Assembly (NCBI GenBank): GCA_002633005.1
Contig: NMRA01000187.1
Coordinates: forward strand, 9,546 to 73,545
Source of the DNA: Phoronis australis
Taxonomy: Eukaryota; Animalia; Phoronida
Length of the DNA: 64,000 nt
Direction: 5' to 3'
The position numbers and the translations under genes were made by a program. Positions 61,839 to 64,000 of this stretch are shown here, in pieces (within the stretch, counting starts at the first letter, position 1; every line of letters begins with the position of its first letter). Under the pieces are notes generated by a model, which did not search any database, was not told the DNA's origin, and saw only the letters and a program-made list of their open reading frames with translations.

Positions 61839-62233
61839 TTAAAAAAACAGTTGGGGTAAGTAAGGGATAGCAAGGGCTACGACTGAATTTCGAGTACGTT
61901 TAAAAGGTTACCAAATCCGGTTTGTGTTCAATAAGCAGATACTGAAAACGACTTTTCCATCCAGCTGTCCGAAATAAAATAATGATCAGTAAACCTCGAG
62001 AACACTCAGACTTTTGAGGAAAATTTGAATACTCTTTCCAAACCTTGAGCTACTCTTTTAGCGAATTACACGGCACCTTTGGGATAAGACCACCCAACAA
62101 GGATCCTAATGTGCAATGAGTGAGATAGAGTATGAGAGTTTAGTTGAGTCCTACATTTATCTTTCAAGATTGACGAAAAGGATGCATTAGCAGGTGTCGT
62201 AACGAGAATTGTTTAGTATACTTTAAAAATCGC

Positions 62234-62473
62234 TCCATCTATCGTACACAAACATTTACACATTGATATTGTGTCCATCTATCGTACACAAACATTTACA
62301 CATTGATATTGTGTCCATCTATCGTACACAAACATTTACACATTGATATTGTGTCCATCTATCGTACACAAACATTTACACATTGATATTGCGTCCATCT
62401 ATCGTACACAAACATTTACACATTGAAATTGTGTCCATCTATCGTACCCAAACATTTACACATTGAAATGGTG
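62234..62473. repeat. 40-bp tandem repeat x6
   Basis: Unit TCCATCTATCGTACACAAACATTTACACATTGATATTGTG. Confidence 0.95.
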
Positions 62474-63018
62474 TGATATTTTTTGGATGAGTCCACGCCG
62501 TGTTATCTCAAATTGCTTGACAATGACGACGTTCTCATGATCTTGAAATGCATGCGCGTACCCAGTCGTAAAAGATGTGGTGCTCGAATATTTCGGAATG
62601 TAGTTATTTTACTAAGATTCACTGCGTATGTTTAGAGCTATGAATTATTTTGGTAATTCTTGCCTTTTTAGTGGACTTTTGTCGTGTTTTCTTCTCAGTT
62701 AGGAGTTTTTGTTTCTGAGGCGGACATTTTTTGCACCATTCACCAAATGGGGGCTCGTTTGAGTACCCCTGGCACCCCTGGGTTGCAGTGGCGTATCTAG
62801 AATATCGCAAGGGGGGCAACATTTTGTCTATAAACATTTGCGCAAAGCACGATTGTAGATGCGCATAGCACCAAATGGGGGAGCTCGAAAATTTTTTATG
62901 TTTTTCCTCTAAAAATCACTCATTTTCCTTGATTCCTGCATTAATCACAGACTCGAACTCACTAACTAGCGTATAGCGCGTGCGTTCTTTGCCACTACAC
63001 CACTAATTTGATACTAAG

Positions 63019-63094
63019 AGACCTACACTGTACTTGTAGACCTACACTGTACTTGTAGACCTACACTGTACTTGTAGACCTACACTGTACTTGT
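63019..63094. repeat. 19-bp tandem repeat x4
   Basis: Unit AGACCTACACTGTACTTGT. Confidence 0.95.
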
Positions 63095-64000
63095 TTATGG
63101 TCCACAGCGTTTGCGTGCGAAACCTACTTCATTTAGTAATGCTTATTACACTTTTTATATTTTGTGCAATCAGTTCGTAACATACTTGTTTTACTTAAAA
63201 TAGTCTTCAATCGCCCAAAAAAACCAAATCCGTTTTTTTGTGTTGGCATTAATGACGCGATTGCTTTGAAAATCGTCTTACGTTAAGGTTTGACAAAGAG
63301 AGAATTATGAGTTTCTGAGCGATTCACTAAGGCTTCGATTAAAATTCACATCTTACCAGCAGCTTCGCCTTCTGTTTTTTCATCGTCACTCAGATTCCAC
63401 TTTCTTTAAAAATGAAATATCTTCATTGCACAGTGGAGCAGACGACGGACACGGAGTCATAGTGCGCAGCACCTCTGGCGGTCGCCTGGGATATCACGGG
63501 AGAGCCTATACTTAGCCATAGCTCCGTTAAGATTGAGCCGTGTTCCGAATTTGACACTTGAAATTGGATCTTAGCCCCCTCCCCCTAAACACACTAAAAC
63601 TGCACACATTTAAATCTTGTTTCCCCCGTGTAATGTTAATTACCGGGGCTAATTAATAAACTCAACATTTCCCTACGCTCTTGCTGTTTTATTTTTGCGG
63701 CAGCCAAGGGGGGGGGNGGGGAGCTGGGCCTTCTGGGCCCCCCTACATGTAAGTCCGCCTATGGTATGAAATGTTCCCGTTGTCTTCACCGTCAGCCCTT
63801 TCCATCAAGTTTTAGTACTGACTCCGAAGTTTGATGGCGCTTTGATCAGTACGAGCATTGAGTATGCCGACTCACTCGAACAGTTCGTGCGTTGGGTGTG
63901 CTGACACAATTTCAGATTTAACAGACCGACCATTTAGATTCATAGGTAATTTATACAACAGCTTTTTATTCAGATGAGTCATGCCACCATTTTATGACAT

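Noticed and set aside
59242-64000. Fourth Neverland exon
   Set aside because: No phase-compatible exon with the expected conserved residues was found by eye; it probably lies beyond the window.

Overview
Eukaryotic (invertebrate-type, AT-rich, intron-rich) genomic DNA, with no prokaryotic features. Host genes: (1) the last five coding exons of folylpolyglutamate synthase (FPGS, + strand, 8843-21840); (2) the first three coding exons of a Neverland/DAF-36-type Rieske cholesterol 7-desaturase (+ strand, 56018-59241; it continues beyond what I can find); (3) an isolated, intact arylsulfatase-B-family terminal exon on the - strand (4751-4923) with no visible partner exons. The rest is a nested transposon landscape whose ends and target-site duplications (TSDs) can often be read directly: Kolobok-like THAP elements, Helentron-associated (HINE-like) elements, a CAGGG-ended family with 6-bp TSDs, a Mutator-like MITE, a young Gypsy element with 74-bp LTRs, a solo LTR, an IS3EU-like relic, a near-intact spliced piggyBac, a tandem pair of Academ-like elements, several LINE fragments and more than a dozen short tandem arrays. 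Best leads: the orphan sulfatase exon; one MITE family inserted at the 5' control point of two other transposons; the ultra-short-LTR Gypsy; an in-frame triplication of the FPGS stop-codon region. Everything was read by eye, and family assignments need database confirmation.
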